41,485 nt of DNA from Actinomycetota bacterium (GTDB taxonomy: Bacteria; Actinomycetota; AC-67), in contig DATFGK010000105.1 of the NCBI GenBank assembly GCA_035249485.1, positions 1 to 41,485 on the forward strand, given 5' to 3'. Positions within the stretch are counted from its first letter, which is position 1. Every line of letters starts with the position of its first letter. The position numbers and the translations under genes were made by a program. Shown piece by piece: positions 18,324 to 30,032 of this stretch. The notes under the pieces were generated by a model that was given only the letters and a program-made list of their open reading frames with translations, did not search any database and had not been told where the DNA came from.

Positions 18324-19792
18324 CGCGACTCCCACAGCGGCGGCGTCGGTAGGGGCCCCAGGTCCTGCTCGAAGGCGTAGCCGGCGCGGAAAAGCAGCTC
18401 CTCCGACAGCGGCGGCCCCAGCAGCTGGAGCCCGACCGGAAGTCCGTCGTCGGCGAGTCCGCACGGCACGCTGATCGCCGTGGAGCCGGCCAGGTTCGTC
18501 GGGATCGTGAACAGGTCCGACAGGTACATCGCGAGCGGGTCGTCGGCCTTCTCGCCGATCTTGAACGCCGTCGTGGGGCTCGTCGGGCAGATCAGGAAGT
18601 CGAACTTCCCATAGGCCAGATCGAAGTCGCGGATCACCAGCGTTCGAACCTTCTGCGCCTTCCCGTAGTACGCGTCGTAGTACCCGGCCGACAGCGCGTA
18701 CGTGCCGAGCATGATCCGCCGCTTGACCTCGTCGCCGAAGCCGTACGCACGGCTCCGCATGTTCATGTCCATGACGTCGCGCGGGTCCTCGGCCCGGTAG
18801 CCGTAGCGGACGCCGTCGTAGCGCGCGAGGTTCGAAGAGCACTCGGCCGGCGCGATCAGGTAGTAGGCGGACAGCGCCAGATCGAACGACGGCAGCGACA
18901 CCTCGTCGACCGAGCATCCCATCCCGGCGAACCGCTCGGCGGCCTCCGTGACCCGAGCTTTGACCGCCGGTTGCGCGCCCTCCCCCATCCCCTCTTTGAC
19001 GACGCCCACCCGCAATCCGGCTACACCGTTCTCGAGCGTCGCGAGGTAGTCGGGGACGGGCTTCGCGATGCTCGTCGAGTCGCGCGGGTCGTGGCCGGCG
19101 ACGGCGTGCAGCGCGGCCGCCGCGTCGCGAACCGTGCGCGCGAACGGGCCGATCTGATCGAGCGACGACGCGAACGCGATCAGCCCGAAGCGGGAGACGA
19201 GCCCGTACGTCGGCCGAACACCGACCACGCCGCACAGCGATGCCGGCTGCCGGATCGAGCCCCCGGTGTCGGTGCCATAGGTGATCGGCGCCATCCCGGC
19301 CGCGACGGCCGCCGACGAGCCGCCGCTCGAGCCGCCGGGCACGCGCGCGAGGTCCCAGGGGTTCCGGCTGACGCCGAAGGCCGAGTTCTCGGTCGAGGAG
19401 CCCATCGCGAACTCGTCCTGGTTGGTCTTGCCGAGCAACGGCATCCCGGCCTCGCGCACCTTGATCGTGCCGGTGCCGTCGTACGGCGGCACGTAGTTCT
19501 CGAGGATCCGCGAGCCTGCCGTCGTCGGCACGCCGTCGGTACAGAAGATGTCCTTCAGCGCGACGGGGACCCCCGCCAGCGGGCCGAGCGTCTCGCCGGC
19601 CGCGCGCTTGCGGTCGACCTCGCCGGCTTGGGCACGCGCCAGCTCCGGCGTCAGCGTGATGAACGCGTGGACGTCGGGCTCGACGGCGTCGATCCGCGCG
19701 AGATGCGCGTCGACGACCTCGCGGGCGCTCACCTCGCCGTCGCGCACGGCTTTCGCGAGGGCGGCCGCGTCCAGCTGCCACAGCTCTGGCAC
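18320..19792 (-). CDS. gatA: Asp-tRNA(Asn)/Glu-tRNA(Gln) amidotransferase subunit A
   Basis: 490 aa with the amidase signature [42 protein letters not shown] start. Confidence 0.97.
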   Translation of the reverse strand: MPELWQLDAAALAKAVRDGEVSAREVVDAHLARIDAVEPDVHAFITLTPELARAQAGEVDRKRAAGETLGPLAGVPVALKDIFCTDGVPTTAGSRILENYVPPYDGTGTIKVREAGMPLLGKTNQDEFAMGSSTENSAFGVSRNPWDLARVPGGSSGGSSAAVAAGMAPITYGTDTGGSIRQPASLCGVVGVRPTYGLVSRFGLIAFASSLDQIGPFARTVRDAAAALHAVAGHDPRDSTSIAKPVPDYLATLENGVAGLRVGVVKEGMGEGAQPAVKARVTEAAERFAGMGCSVDEVSLPSFDLALSAYYLIAPAECSSNLARYDGVRYGYRAEDPRDVMDMNMRSRAYGFGDEVKRRIMLGTYALSAGYYDAYYGKAQKVRTLVIRDFDLAYGKFDFLICPTSPTTAFKIGEKADDPLAMYLSDLFTIPTNLAGSTAISVPCGLADDGLPVGLQLLGPPLSEELLFRAGYAFEQDLGPLPTPPLWESR

Positions 19793-19794
19793 GG

Positions 19795-20088
19795 CTACTG
19801 CTCCTCGATGATCCGGGGAACCTTGAAGCGTCCGTCCTCGGACTCGGGCGCGGTGGACAGCGCCTTCTCCGGCGGGAGGCTCGGCTCGACGACGTCGTCG
19901 CGGAAGACGTTCACGAGCGGGAGCGGGTGCGAGGTCGGCGGAACGTCGTCGGTCGCCACCTCGGTGACCCGCGCGGCGTGTTCGAGGATCGCCGAGAGCT
20001 GGCCGCGGAAGCGTTCGACCTCGTCGTCGGACATCGCGAGCCGCGCGAGCCGCGCGACATGGAGGACCTCTTCCCTCGTGAGCGCCAT
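19795..20088 (-). CDS. gatC: Asp-tRNA(Asn)/Glu-tRNA(Gln) amidotransferase subunit C
   Basis: 97 aa, [38 protein letters not shown]... is the canonical GatC sequence. Confidence 0.95.
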   Translation of the reverse strand: MALTREEVLHVARLARLAMSDDEVERFRGQLSAILEHAARVTEVATDDVPPTSHPLPLVNVFRDDVVEPSLPPEKALSTAPESEDGRFKVPRIIEEQ

Positions 20089-20099
20089 CGCCGGGCAGT

Positions 20100-22318
<2,219 letters not shown>

Positions 22319-22390
22319 CGGGTCTCCTCGCGTCGGGGGGACGAACCGATTATACGGCGGCGCCCGCGGTTTTCCCGCTCTCCAGCGCGA

Positions 22391-23470
22391 TCAGCGCAGC
22401 GAGCGGGTGATGGTCCCGCCGCCGAGCACCTCGTCGCCGTCGTAGAAAGCCACGAGCTGGCCGGGGGCGATGCCGCGCTGCGGCTGCGCGAATCGGACGA
22501 TCGTGCGATCCGGATCGACGGCCTCGAGGGTCGCGGGGATCGCGGCGCCGTGCGCGCGGATCTGGACCGTCGCGGTGGTGCCGCCGGACGGCGCCTCACC
22601 GAACCAGGTGACACGCCCGGCCTCGAGGCCGCCGCGCGCAAGGAGCTCGCCGGTGCCGACGATCACCCGGTTGGCGGTCGCGTCGACCTCGACGACGTAC
22701 CGCTTCTCGGCGAGACCCAGGCCGAGCCCGCGGCGCTGGCCGACCGTGTAGCGATGAACGCCGCCGTGCCCGCCGAGGACCGTTCCGTCGGCGTCGACGA
22801 TCTCACCGGCGGGGATGGAGCCGGGCTCGGCGAACCGCTCGACGAAACCGGCGGCGTCGCCGTCCGGCACGAAGCAGATCTCGTACGAGTCGGGCTTGTC
22901 GGCGGTTCGGAGCTTCAGCGAGCGCGCGAGCGCGCGGGTCTCGTCCTTGGTCTGCGCACCGATCGGGAACCGCGCGAACGACAGCGCCTCCTGCCCGATG
23001 GTGGAGAGCACGTACGACTGGTCCTTCGCGTGGTCGGCGCTCCGGTACATCCGCCACGTGTCGCCCTCGAACCGCGAAACCGCGTAGTGGCCGGTTGCCA
23101 CGGCGTCGAAGCCGGCGGCGCGGCCCCGCTCGAGCAGCGCGCCGAACTTGACGGTCTCGTTGCAGCGGACGCACGGGTTCGGCGTGCGGCCGCCCGCGTA
23201 CTCGGACACGAAGTCATCGAGCACCCCGCGCGAGAACTCCTCGGTCAAATTCCAAACGTAGAACGGGATGTCGAGCACCTGAGCGACGCGGCGGGCGTCG
23301 TCGGCCGCCTCGACCGTGCAGCACCCGTGGACCCGGCCGTCGGATTCGGACGAGGTCGCGTACGAGGAGAGCTTCATGTGCACGCCGGTCACGTCGTGAC
23401 CGTCGCGCGCGACGATCGCGGCGGCCACCGACGAGTCGACGCCGCCGGACATCGCGACGAGGACCTTCAT
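22391..23470 (-). CDS. mnmA: tRNA 2-thiouridine(34) synthase
   Basis: MKVLVAMSGGVDSSVAAAIV... has the PP-loop SGGVDS and catalytic Cys residues, 359 aa. The ATG overlaps the upstream TGA (ATGA). Confidence 0.95.
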   Translation of the reverse strand: MKVLVAMSGGVDSSVAAAIVARDGHDVTGVHMKLSSYATSSESDGRVHGCCTVEAADDARRVAQVLDIPFYVWNLTEEFSRGVLDDFVSEYAGGRTPNPCVRCNETVKFGALLERGRAAGFDAVATGHYAVSRFEGDTWRMYRSADHAKDQSYVLSTIGQEALSFARFPIGAQTKDETRALARSLKLRTADKPDSYEICFVPDGDAAGFVERFAEPGSIPAGEIVDADGTVLGGHGGVHRYTVGQRRGLGLGLAEKRYVVEVDATANRVIVGTGELLARGGLEAGRVTWFGEAPSGGTTATVQIRAHGAAIPATLEAVDPDRTIVRFAQPQRGIAPGQLVAFYDGDEVLGGGTITRSLR

Positions 23471-24612
23471 CGCCGCAGCCTCGCAACGCCGTCGACGATC
23501 GCCTCCGCGGCTCGGTCGATCTCCACTTCGGTCGTTCCGCGTCCGAGCGTCAGCCGGAGCGTTCCGCGCGCGAGATCGCGGGGGACGCCGAGCGCCGCGA
23601 GCACGTAGCTCGGCTCCGCCGCGCCCGAGGAGCATGCCGACCCCTGCGACGCCGCGACGCCGGCCGCGTCGAGCAGGAGGATCAGCGGCTCGCCGTCGAT
23701 CCCTTCGATGCACACGTGGAGGTTGTTCGGGAGCCGCTCGGCCGGGTGACCGTTCACGCGGACGCCGGGGATCCGTTCGCTCAGGTGCCGCTGGAGGCGG
23801 TCGCGGAGCGGGCCCACGGCGGACGCCCACACGTTGCGGTGCAACGCCGTCTCCTCGGCCGCCGCGCCGAAGCCGACGATCCCGGCGACGTTGTAGGTCC
23901 CCGAACGCACCTCACGCTCCTGACCACCGCCGTGCAGCAGCGGCTGGATCTTCACGCCGCGCCGCACGACGAGCGCTCCGACGCCTTTCGGGCCGCCGTG
24001 CTTGTGCGCGGCGATCGTGAGCAGATCGGCGATGCCCGCTTCGACGTTCAGCCATGGGACGGCCTGCACCGCGTCGGTGTGGAAGACGGCGCCGGCGTCG
24101 TGCGCGATCCGCGCCGCTTCGGCGACGGGCTGGATCGTGCCGACCTCGTTGTTCGCCCACATCACGCTGACCAGCGCGGTCTTGTCGTCGACGGCGGCTG
24201 CGAGCGCGTCGAGCCGTACGACGCCGTGCTCGTCGACACCGACCTCGCGCACCCGGAACCCCTGTCGCGCCAGCCACCGCGATGGATCGAGGACGGCGTG
24301 GTGCTCGATCGCCGTTACGACGATGCCGTCGCGCCCTTGCTCGCGCGCGTGCCAGGCGGCGCCTTTTATCGCGAGGTTGTCCGCCTCGGTTCCGCCCGAG
24401 GTGAAGACGATCTCGTCGGGGCGGGCGCCGACGGCCGCGGCGACGCGCTCGCGCGCCTCGTCGACGCCTTTGCGAGCCTCGCGGCCGGGCGCGTGCGCCG
24501 AGGACGCGTTGCCGAAGCGCTCGTCGAGGTAGGGAGCCATCGCTGCGCGTGCCGCCTCAGAAAGCGGCGTCGTGGCGGCGTGATCCAGGTAGATCGTGAG
24601 GGAAGCGCTCAT
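23467..24612 (-). CDS. iscS: Cysteine desulfurase (NifS/IscS class-V PLP enzyme)
   Basis: 381 aa, IYLDHAATTPL...FTSGGTEADNLAIKGA...AHKHGGPKGVGALVV...SQGSACSSG contains the PLP lysine and the active-site Cys loop. Confidence 0.92.
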   Translation of the reverse strand: MSASLTIYLDHAATTPLSEAARAAMAPYLDERFGNASSAHAPGREARKGVDEARERVAAAVGARPDEIVFTSGGTEADNLAIKGAAWHAREQGRDGIVVTAIEHHAVLDPSRWLARQGFRVREVGVDEHGVVRLDALAAAVDDKTALVSVMWANNEVGTIQPVAEAARIAHDAGAVFHTDAVQAVPWLNVEAGIADLLTIAAHKHGGPKGVGALVVRRGVKIQPLLHGGGQEREVRSGTYNVAGIVGFGAAAEETALHRNVWASAVGPLRDRLQRHLSERIPGVRVNGHPAERLPNNLHVCIEGIDGEPLILLLDAAGVAASQGSACSSGAAEPSYVLAALGVPRDLARGTLRLTLGRGTTEVEIDRAAEAIVDGVARLRR

Positions 24613-24636
24613 CGCCGCCAGCCTAGCAGCGGCGCG

Positions 24637-26778
24637 TCAGCTGAGATCGATGAACACGATGACCGCGTCGCCCTGGGCGTTCTCGTCCCGCAGATACCAC
24701 CGTGGATCGCGGAACACGCCGGCAACGTCGATGCCGGGGTCCTGGCCGTGCTCCTCCCACTGCCCGACGACGAACGCGTCGGTACTGCTGCCGTAGAGGA
24801 ACGGGTCGACGTCGTGGAACCCGTCCCGGTTGTTGTTGAGGTACCAGGTTATCCCGCGGACCACGCCCGCCGAGTCGATGCCGTCCCCGTTCCAATCGCC
24901 GGCGAGCTTCGCGTCGGTCGGATTGCCGTAGAAGAACGCGGCCCCGTCATGGAAGCCGTCGAAGTTGTCGTTCAGGTACCAGGCATTGCCGCGGACGACC
25001 CCGACGGAGTCTTTGCCGTCGCCGTTCCAGTCGCCGGCCAGCGGCACGTCGCCCGGGTTGCCGTACGGAAAGATGATGTCGGCCGTCGCATCGGTGGTGT
25101 TGTTCAGTAACCACAAGTTCCCGCGCACCGCGCCGGGGGTCGCGGTTCCGTTCCCGTCCCAGTCGCCGGCAACCGGGCGGTCCATCGGATTAGCGTAGAG
25201 GAACTCGACGTCGGGCTCGCCGTCGAAATCGTTGTGGAGGAACCACTTGCGCCCGATGACCGTTGCCGGCGTCTCGACGCCGTCGCCGTCCCAATCGCCC
25301 GAGAGTCGATACGGCGTCATCACCGAGAAGGTGCCCTCGGCCGGCCGCACTTGCTTACCGGCGAGGTCGGCGGCGGAGATCGACCACTTCACGACGCCGC
25401 CCTTGGTCAGCGTCCCGTCCGGATCGAGCCCGTTCCACGTCACGCCGGAAAGGCTCGTCCCGGTACCTGCGAACTCCTTGATCAGGGTGCCGTCCGACCA
25501 GCGGAACTGGACCTTCCATACGACGGTCGTCGTGAACGTGCCCGTGAGAGCGACCGTATCGCCGAGGCCGTCACCGTCCGGCGAAACAAGTGAGTTGCTC
25601 TGCGTCGGCAGGTAGAGCTTGGGGAGACCGATCTGCGACACCGCGGTCCGGATGGAAGGCAGGAGGTTGTACACCCTGCCGCCGGGACAGGTGGTCTGCT
25701 GTCCGTCGCGATGCCCGGAGATCCGGTTGAAGGTCTTCTTCTTCCCGACGGGATAGAGGTCCGAGCCGCCCGAGGTCATCACGACCGTCCCCACGGGCGG
25801 GATGTGGTGCACGTCCATCTTCCAGGCGAGGAGGTTCTTCAGTGACGCGACCATGTTCGACGTGGGCGAGACGGTCGAGAACGTTCCCATGAGCGAGATG
25901 CCCGTGCTGCCGGTGTTGAAGCCCAGCACGTGAGCGCCTATGACGGGCAACGTCATCCCGCCGTAACGGCCCTCGAAGATCTGGCCGTACTTGTCGACCA
26001 GGAAGTTGTAGCCGATGTCGCTCCAGCCGCGATTCTTCACGTGGTAGGCGTAGATGCTGCGCACGATCGCCGGGGACTCAGAGCTGCTGTAGGAATTGGA
26101 GCCCGCTGTGTGATGGACGAACGCCATGTTGACCGCGGTCGCATAGCGGGGGCAGCACTCGCGTATGGACTCGTTCGCACCCCACCCCGCCCGCGTGATG
26201 ATGCCGGGCTGCACCGTCATCGCGTGCGCCTTCGTGCCGCGGAAGAAGCTCGAAACCGAACCGACCACACGCTGGAGCAGGTTTGGCTTGCTCGCGTTGC
26301 CAAGCGAGTTGATGAGGTGAAGCTTTAGATCCTCGGCGGGAGGCGAGCCCGCCGGCGCGAAGTACCGGAGCTGCATCGCACCGGCCGTGCCGACCCAGAT
26401 CGGACCGGCGAAGACGCGCGTCGACGCGCGCGCGGCCTCCGGGCGGTCGGGAGCCTCATCGGGTTCGATGACCAGCTGCTGCCACTCGGACCATCCCGTC
26501 GCCGATCGGAAGCGCCCCTCGACGACGACTTCCTCGAGCGACTCATGATCCGCGTGGGGAGAATCGAACGACGCCGCAACCATGTTCGTGTCGATGGGTA
26601 GCTCGATCGAACGCTCGAGCCACGCGCCGACGCGGGCGGACGTCCGGATCGTGCCGGGCTCGACGGCGAGATCACGCGTTACCGTTTCGGGCGGAGCGGA
26701 GCGCGCGGACGACGGGAACGGAACACCGACGACGGCGATCGCCGTGAGCAGAACAAGGATGAAAAGCCGTCTCCCCAT
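24637..26778 (-). CDS. Secreted N-acetylmuramoyl-L-alanine amidase (Amidase_2/PGRP) with a FlgD-Ig-like domain and five C-terminal FG-GAP-like repeats
   Basis: Signal peptide MGRRLFILVLLTAIAVVGVPFPSSARSA. The amidase core is AFVHHTAGSN...GWSDIGYNFLVDKYGQIFEGR...GHRD...TTCPG. SPDGDGLGDT marks the Ig-like domain. Repeats occupy the last ~224 aa. The start was moved to the ATG at 26778. Confidence 0.85.
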   Translation of the reverse strand: MGRRLFILVLLTAIAVVGVPFPSSARSAPPETVTRDLAVEPGTIRTSARVGAWLERSIELPIDTNMVAASFDSPHADHESLEEVVVEGRFRSATGWSEWQQLVIEPDEAPDRPEAARASTRVFAGPIWVGTAGAMQLRYFAPAGSPPAEDLKLHLINSLGNASKPNLLQRVVGSVSSFFRGTKAHAMTVQPGIITRAGWGANESIRECCPRYATAVNMAFVHHTAGSNSYSSSESPAIVRSIYAYHVKNRGWSDIGYNFLVDKYGQIFEGRYGGMTLPVIGAHVLGFNTGSTGISLMGTFSTVSPTSNMVASLKNLLAWKMDVHHIPPVGTVVMTSGGSDLYPVGKKKTFNRISGHRDGQQTTCPGGRVYNLLPSIRTAVSQIGLPKLYLPTQSNSLVSPDGDGLGDTVALTGTFTTTVVWKVQFRWSDGTLIKEFAGTGTSLSGVTWNGLDPDGTLTKGGVVKWSISAADLAGKQVRPAEGTFSVMTPYRLSGDWDGDGVETPATVIGRKWFLHNDFDGEPDVEFLYANPMDRPVAGDWDGNGTATPGAVRGNLWLLNNTTDATADIIFPYGNPGDVPLAGDWNGDGKDSVGVVRGNAWYLNDNFDGFHDGAAFFYGNPTDAKLAGDWNGDGIDSAGVVRGITWYLNNNRDGFHDVDPFLYGSSTDAFVVGQWEEHGQDPGIDVAGVFRDPRWYLRDENAQGDAVIVFIDLS
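24640..25311 (-). repeat. Five tandem ~44-aa coding repeats (GDW[DN]GDG-x-VVRGNxWYLNN-FDG-x-FxYGNxxD)
   Basis: Periodicity is visible in the translated sequence of the amidase C-terminus. The last unit is degenerate (GQWEEHGQDPG...RWYLRDE). Confidence 0.8.
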
Positions 26779-26908
26779 TGAAGGCACAACCCCTATCACA
26801 TCGCGGCGCTCCAAGCCGCTATCGACGAAGAGCGAAACGCGCTTGAGCGGAGCGACCAGGGCTGGTGAACAAGGACAACTCGGGCTTAGAGGAACGGCGG
26901 TGCGGGAA

Positions 26909-28510
26909 CTACGGCTGGATCGACTTATCCCAATCGCCGGCGACCGCGAAATCCGATGAGGCGCCGAGCGCGAAGGGTGCGATGTTGTGCGTGCCGTCGA
27001 AGTCGTTGTTGAGGTACCAGACGTTCCCGCGGATGACGGCGGGTGTGGACTTTCCGTCCCCATCCCAGTCTCCGACAAGTTTCCGGTCGGACGAGGCGCC
27101 GTACGTGAAGGCGGGAACGGTCTGAGCTCCCGTGAAGCCGTCGCTCAGGTACCAGCGGTTGCCGCGGACGACGCCGGGGGTCATCCTCCCACGGGAGCCG
27201 TTGTCGTCGTCGTCCCAGTCGCCGACCACGAACCTGTCCGTCGAATTGCCGTACCGGAACGGTGCGATGTCGTGGTCGCCGTCGAAGTCGTTGCTCAGGT
27301 ACCAGGTGTTCCCGCGGATCACGCCGGGGGTCCAAGTCCCGTCGCCGTCCCAGTCTCCGACGACGGGGACGTCGGTCGAGTTCCCGTAGGCGAACGCAGG
27401 GATGGTCTGTGAGCCGGTGAGGTCGTCGCTGAGGTACCAACGGTTGCTGCGCCGGACACCGACCGTAGTGACGCCGTCGCCGTCCCAATCGCCGGCGAGC
27501 CGGACGTCGCCGGAGCCGCCGTACGCGAAGGCGGTCACGTCATGATCGCCGTCGAAGTCGTTGCTGAGGTACCAGGCGCTCCCCCGCACCACGCCGGGCG
27601 TGAAGCCGAACTGCGGAAGCGTGAAGGTCTCCTCGATCGATCCCACCTCGTTGCCTTGCGCGTCCTTGACGCGGTCCTCGGTCGGGACGTTGCCGGGATT
27701 GACGATGGTCCGGTAGGTCTGACCGGCTTCCAGCGGGTCGGTCGGGTTGATGGTCGCGGTCCGTTCCTCGGAGTCGTACTCGACGGTCGCCGGGAGATTC
27801 GTGCCGCCGAGGAGGCCCTCACGCACGACCACGTTCTGTGCGTCGACGCCGACGACGTTCTCGGAGAACTTCCAGACGATGTTCCCGTCCGGCGACATGG
27901 GAGCCGAGATCAGCTCGGCCGTCGGGGCGATGTTCGCCGTGATGGCCCCGCTCGTTCCTCCATCGCATGAATCCAGGAGGTTCGAAGGCTGGTACTCAAA
28001 CGCACAGCCCAGAATGGGCTCCGGGATCGTCACCGTGAAATCGTCGCCGTCGCCGATCGAGTCGGAGGTCTGCACCGCGAGGAAGTAGGTGTAGCTGCCC
28101 TCGGCCGACGCGGGGATCCCGGAGCTGACCACGATGTCCACCGTGCCACCCGTGTTCTCGAAGGAACTGCTCACCAGAGTGTCACCGTCGTCGAGCGCGT
28201 CCTCGTCCGTACCGGTGTCGCGATACACGGCGACGCCCACCGGCGATGTCTCGAGGTCGCTCAGCCCGGCGAGGTCGAAGTCGCCGTCGCCGTCCTGATC
28301 GGCGAACTGGACTTGCAGCCCTTGGAGCGTCCCGCTTCCGGTCATATTGATTCCGAATACCGCCTTCCGTGCCTCGACGCCGATCGTGCCGGGCGCGGTC
28401 ACATCGGTGACCGTGATGTTTACGGCGGCATGCGCCGCCGGCGTGCCGAGCATCATCGCGATGGACAGAAACACAAGAAGACCCGCCAAGCGGACGTTTC
28501 GGGCGCGCAT
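26909..28510 (-). CDS. Secreted protein: N-terminal Asp-rich beta domain, bacterial Ig-like (SbsA/Big_5-type) domain, five FG-GAP-like repeats
   Basis: Signal peptide MRARNVRLAGLLVFLSIAMMLGTPAAHA, with GGAGGA 5 nt upstream of the ATG at 28510. VVVREGLLGGTNLPATVEYDSEERTATINPTDPLEAGQTYRTIV is Ig-like. It has the same C-terminal repeats as the amidase. Confidence 0.75.
   Translation of the reverse strand: MRARNVRLAGLLVFLSIAMMLGTPAAHAAVNITVTDVTAPGTIGVEARKAVFGINMTGSGTLQGLQVQFADQDGDGDFDLAGLSDLETSPVGVAVYRDTGTDEDALDDGDTLVSSSFENTGGTVDIVVSSGIPASAEGSYTYFLAVQTSDSIGDGDDFTVTIPEPILGCAFEYQPSNLLDSCDGGTSGAITANIAPTAELISAPMSPDGNIVWKFSENVVGVDAQNVVVREGLLGGTNLPATVEYDSEERTATINPTDPLEAGQTYRTIVNPGNVPTEDRVKDAQGNEVGSIEETFTLPQFGFTPGVVRGSAWYLSNDFDGDHDVTAFAYGGSGDVRLAGDWDGDGVTTVGVRRSNRWYLSDDLTGSQTIPAFAYGNSTDVPVVGDWDGDGTWTPGVIRGNTWYLSNDFDGDHDIAPFRYGNSTDRFVVGDWDDDDNGSRGRMTPGVVRGNRWYLSDGFTGAQTVPAFTYGASSDRKLVGDWDGDGKSTPAVIRGNVWYLNNDFDGTHNIAPFALGASSDFAVAGDWDKSIQP
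26912..27610 (-). repeat. Five tandem ~44-aa coding repeats of the same GDWDGDG/RGNxWYLSN/YGNSTD family
   Basis: TPGVVRGSAWYLSNDFDGDHDVTAFAYGGSGDVRLAGDWDGDG... recurs five times and ends with an orphan GDWD motif. Confidence 0.8.
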
Positions 28511-28540
28511 CCGGTCCTCCGAATCGAGCAAATGAGTTCT

Positions 28541-28569
28541 TCAGAAAGATAAACGCACGAGTCTCGTGC
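28541..28569 (-). terminator. Weak candidate terminator after the PaaK-like gene
   Basis: The minus strand reads GCACGA-gac-TCGTGC followed by a T-rich tail, GTTTATCTTTCT, in an unusually AT-rich spacer. The stem is only 6 bp. Confidence 0.3.
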
Positions 28570-28592
28570 TGGTTATGAGCGATGGAACGCGC

Positions 28593-30026
28593 TCAGCGCT
28601 CCGCGAAGCGGCGGAACAAGCCTTCCGTGGCGTCGAGGCGCTGCCGGAGCTCCTCCTCGCCGGAGACCACGATCTGCGACGGTGCGGTCCCCCACCGTTC
28701 CAGCTCCTCGAAGAGCTCGATCAGCGGGGTCGGGTCGTCGGTCCGCGGCCGGATGTACACGAAGAACTGACCGTCATCCTCGGTTCCGGTGAGCTCGATC
28801 TGGAACTCCAGCGCACGCGGGACCGCCGACACGGCGGGGTACCGGAAGTCGAAGCGCACCGGGCGTCCGTTCAAACGCGTCCGGCGTTGCCAGGCGTTGC
28901 GCCGCACGCTCGGCCCGACGCGCGGCACGGTGCGGCCGCAGTTCGGGCAGGACTGCGTCGTGATGCCTCCGAGCGCGAGGTCGCCCGACCGCCACCGCGG
29001 CACGCCGCCGCCGCGGAAGCCGAGCGGCGTTACCGTGACTTCTCCCGGCGTCTGCTCGGCCAGCGGCGAGCCGGTGTCCGGAGACAGGACCTCGACCAGC
29101 TCGAGATCGGGGTAGGTGTGGAACCCGAACGTCTCGGTCTTGCCGACGGGGATCGCGCACTCGCCCCACAGCACGCGCCCCTCGGCGGGTCCGTAGGCTG
29201 CGGCGATCCTCGCGTTCACCGCCCCGGCGGCTGTGAGCGCCTCGCCGAGCTGCTCCCGTTCGGCCTTGGTCAGCGACCGGCCGACGGCGAGCACGACGTT
29301 GATCTCGCTCAGGTCCAGTGCGGCGTTGCGCGCAGCCTCGGGGAACTCCGCGACCTCGTCGGCGGGGATCGCCACCGCGGTCGGACGCGCCGCGTCGAAC
29401 GCGGCGAGCGCCCGAACGATATCGCCGCCCTCGCGACGCGTGTGGACCGCGCTCATCCCGACGCCGTGTGCCATGTAGAACACGCCCCAGAAGTCCAGCG
29501 TCGGCCCGAACGGGATCAGGTTGAGCAGGCGATCCTCGCGGTCGATCCCGGCGATGGTTGCCAGGCGGGCGCCGGCGCGCGCGAACAGCTCGAGATCGTC
29601 GCGCGTGTACGCGATGGGGATCGGCCCGCCGGGCCCGAACGCGATGTGCTGGTGGATCGGACGCGACGCTGCCTCGATCGCGAGCGCCTGCACGTCCTCT
29701 CCGCCGACGAGCCGCGCCGCGGCGACCCGCCGGAGCGTCGCGCGGTCGCTGAAGCGGCGCACTCCTTCGGCGGTCCCTTGGAGCACCATGCCCCGCGCGC
29801 CGTCGACGTTGCGGACGGGATCGAGCACGTCGGCCCGGGTCGCGGTCGGTACCTTGTTGAGCTCGTCGAGGCCCTTGAAGCTCCGCGCGTCGAGCCCGGC
29901 GGCCGACAGCCGTGCGCGCGCGGTGGGCACGTGCGCGAGCTGCATCTGCAGCAGCGTCTGACGCAGCAACGTGTCCTGCGTACGGCGGTAATCCTTCGGG
30001 GAGACCTGGTCCCAGGGGCGAGCCAC
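28593..30026 (-). CDS. PaaK/CapK-like adenylate-forming (ANL superfamily) protein with a degenerate P-loop and a Zn-ribbon-like insert
   Basis: 477 aa. The N-terminus, LLQMQLAHVPTARARLSAAGLDARSFKGLDELNKVPTATRADVL, and the overall layout resemble phenylacetate-CoA ligase/F390 synthetase/CapK. FGPGGPIPIAYTRDDLE sits where PaaK has SSGTTGKP..YT..D. Also contains SCPNCGRTVPR. GTG start at 30026. Confidence 0.7.
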   Translation of the reverse strand: MARPWDQVSPKDYRRTQDTLLRQTLLQMQLAHVPTARARLSAAGLDARSFKGLDELNKVPTATRADVLDPVRNVDGARGMVLQGTAEGVRRFSDRATLRRVAAARLVGGEDVQALAIEAASRPIHQHIAFGPGGPIPIAYTRDDLELFARAGARLATIAGIDREDRLLNLIPFGPTLDFWGVFYMAHGVGMSAVHTRREGGDIVRALAAFDAARPTAVAIPADEVAEFPEAARNAALDLSEINVVLAVGRSLTKAEREQLGEALTAAGAVNARIAAAYGPAEGRVLWGECAIPVGKTETFGFHTYPDLELVEVLSPDTGSPLAEQTPGEVTVTPLGFRGGGVPRWRSGDLALGGITTQSCPNCGRTVPRVGPSVRRNAWQRRTRLNGRPVRFDFRYPAVSAVPRALEFQIELTGTEDDGQFFVYIRPRTDDPTPLIELFEELERWGTAPSQIVVSGEEELRQRLDATEGLFRRFAER

Positions 30027-30032
30027 GGCGCC

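Noticed and set aside
26779-26908. Possible riboswitch (for example a ydaO/c-di-AMP type, often found upstream of actinobacterial cell-wall hydrolases) or terminator in the 130-nt spacer upstream of the amidase. An imperfect extended stem is visible: CGCTCC-AAGC ... GCTT-(gagc)-GGAGCG, 26807-26854.
   Set aside because: I could not match the conserved ydaO core motifs by eye, and no U-tract follows the stem. A covariance-model search (Rfam/Infernal) would be needed, so I do not report it as a feature.
24640-27610. Periodic sequence at 24640-25311, 26912-27610 and 37854-38534, considered as a possible DNA tandem repeat, satellite or CRISPR-like array.
   Set aside because: The periodicity (~132 nt) is at the protein level, inside long intact ORFs. 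Units diverge at the nucleotide level and there are no conserved direct repeats with unique spacers. I interpret it as coding domain repeats.
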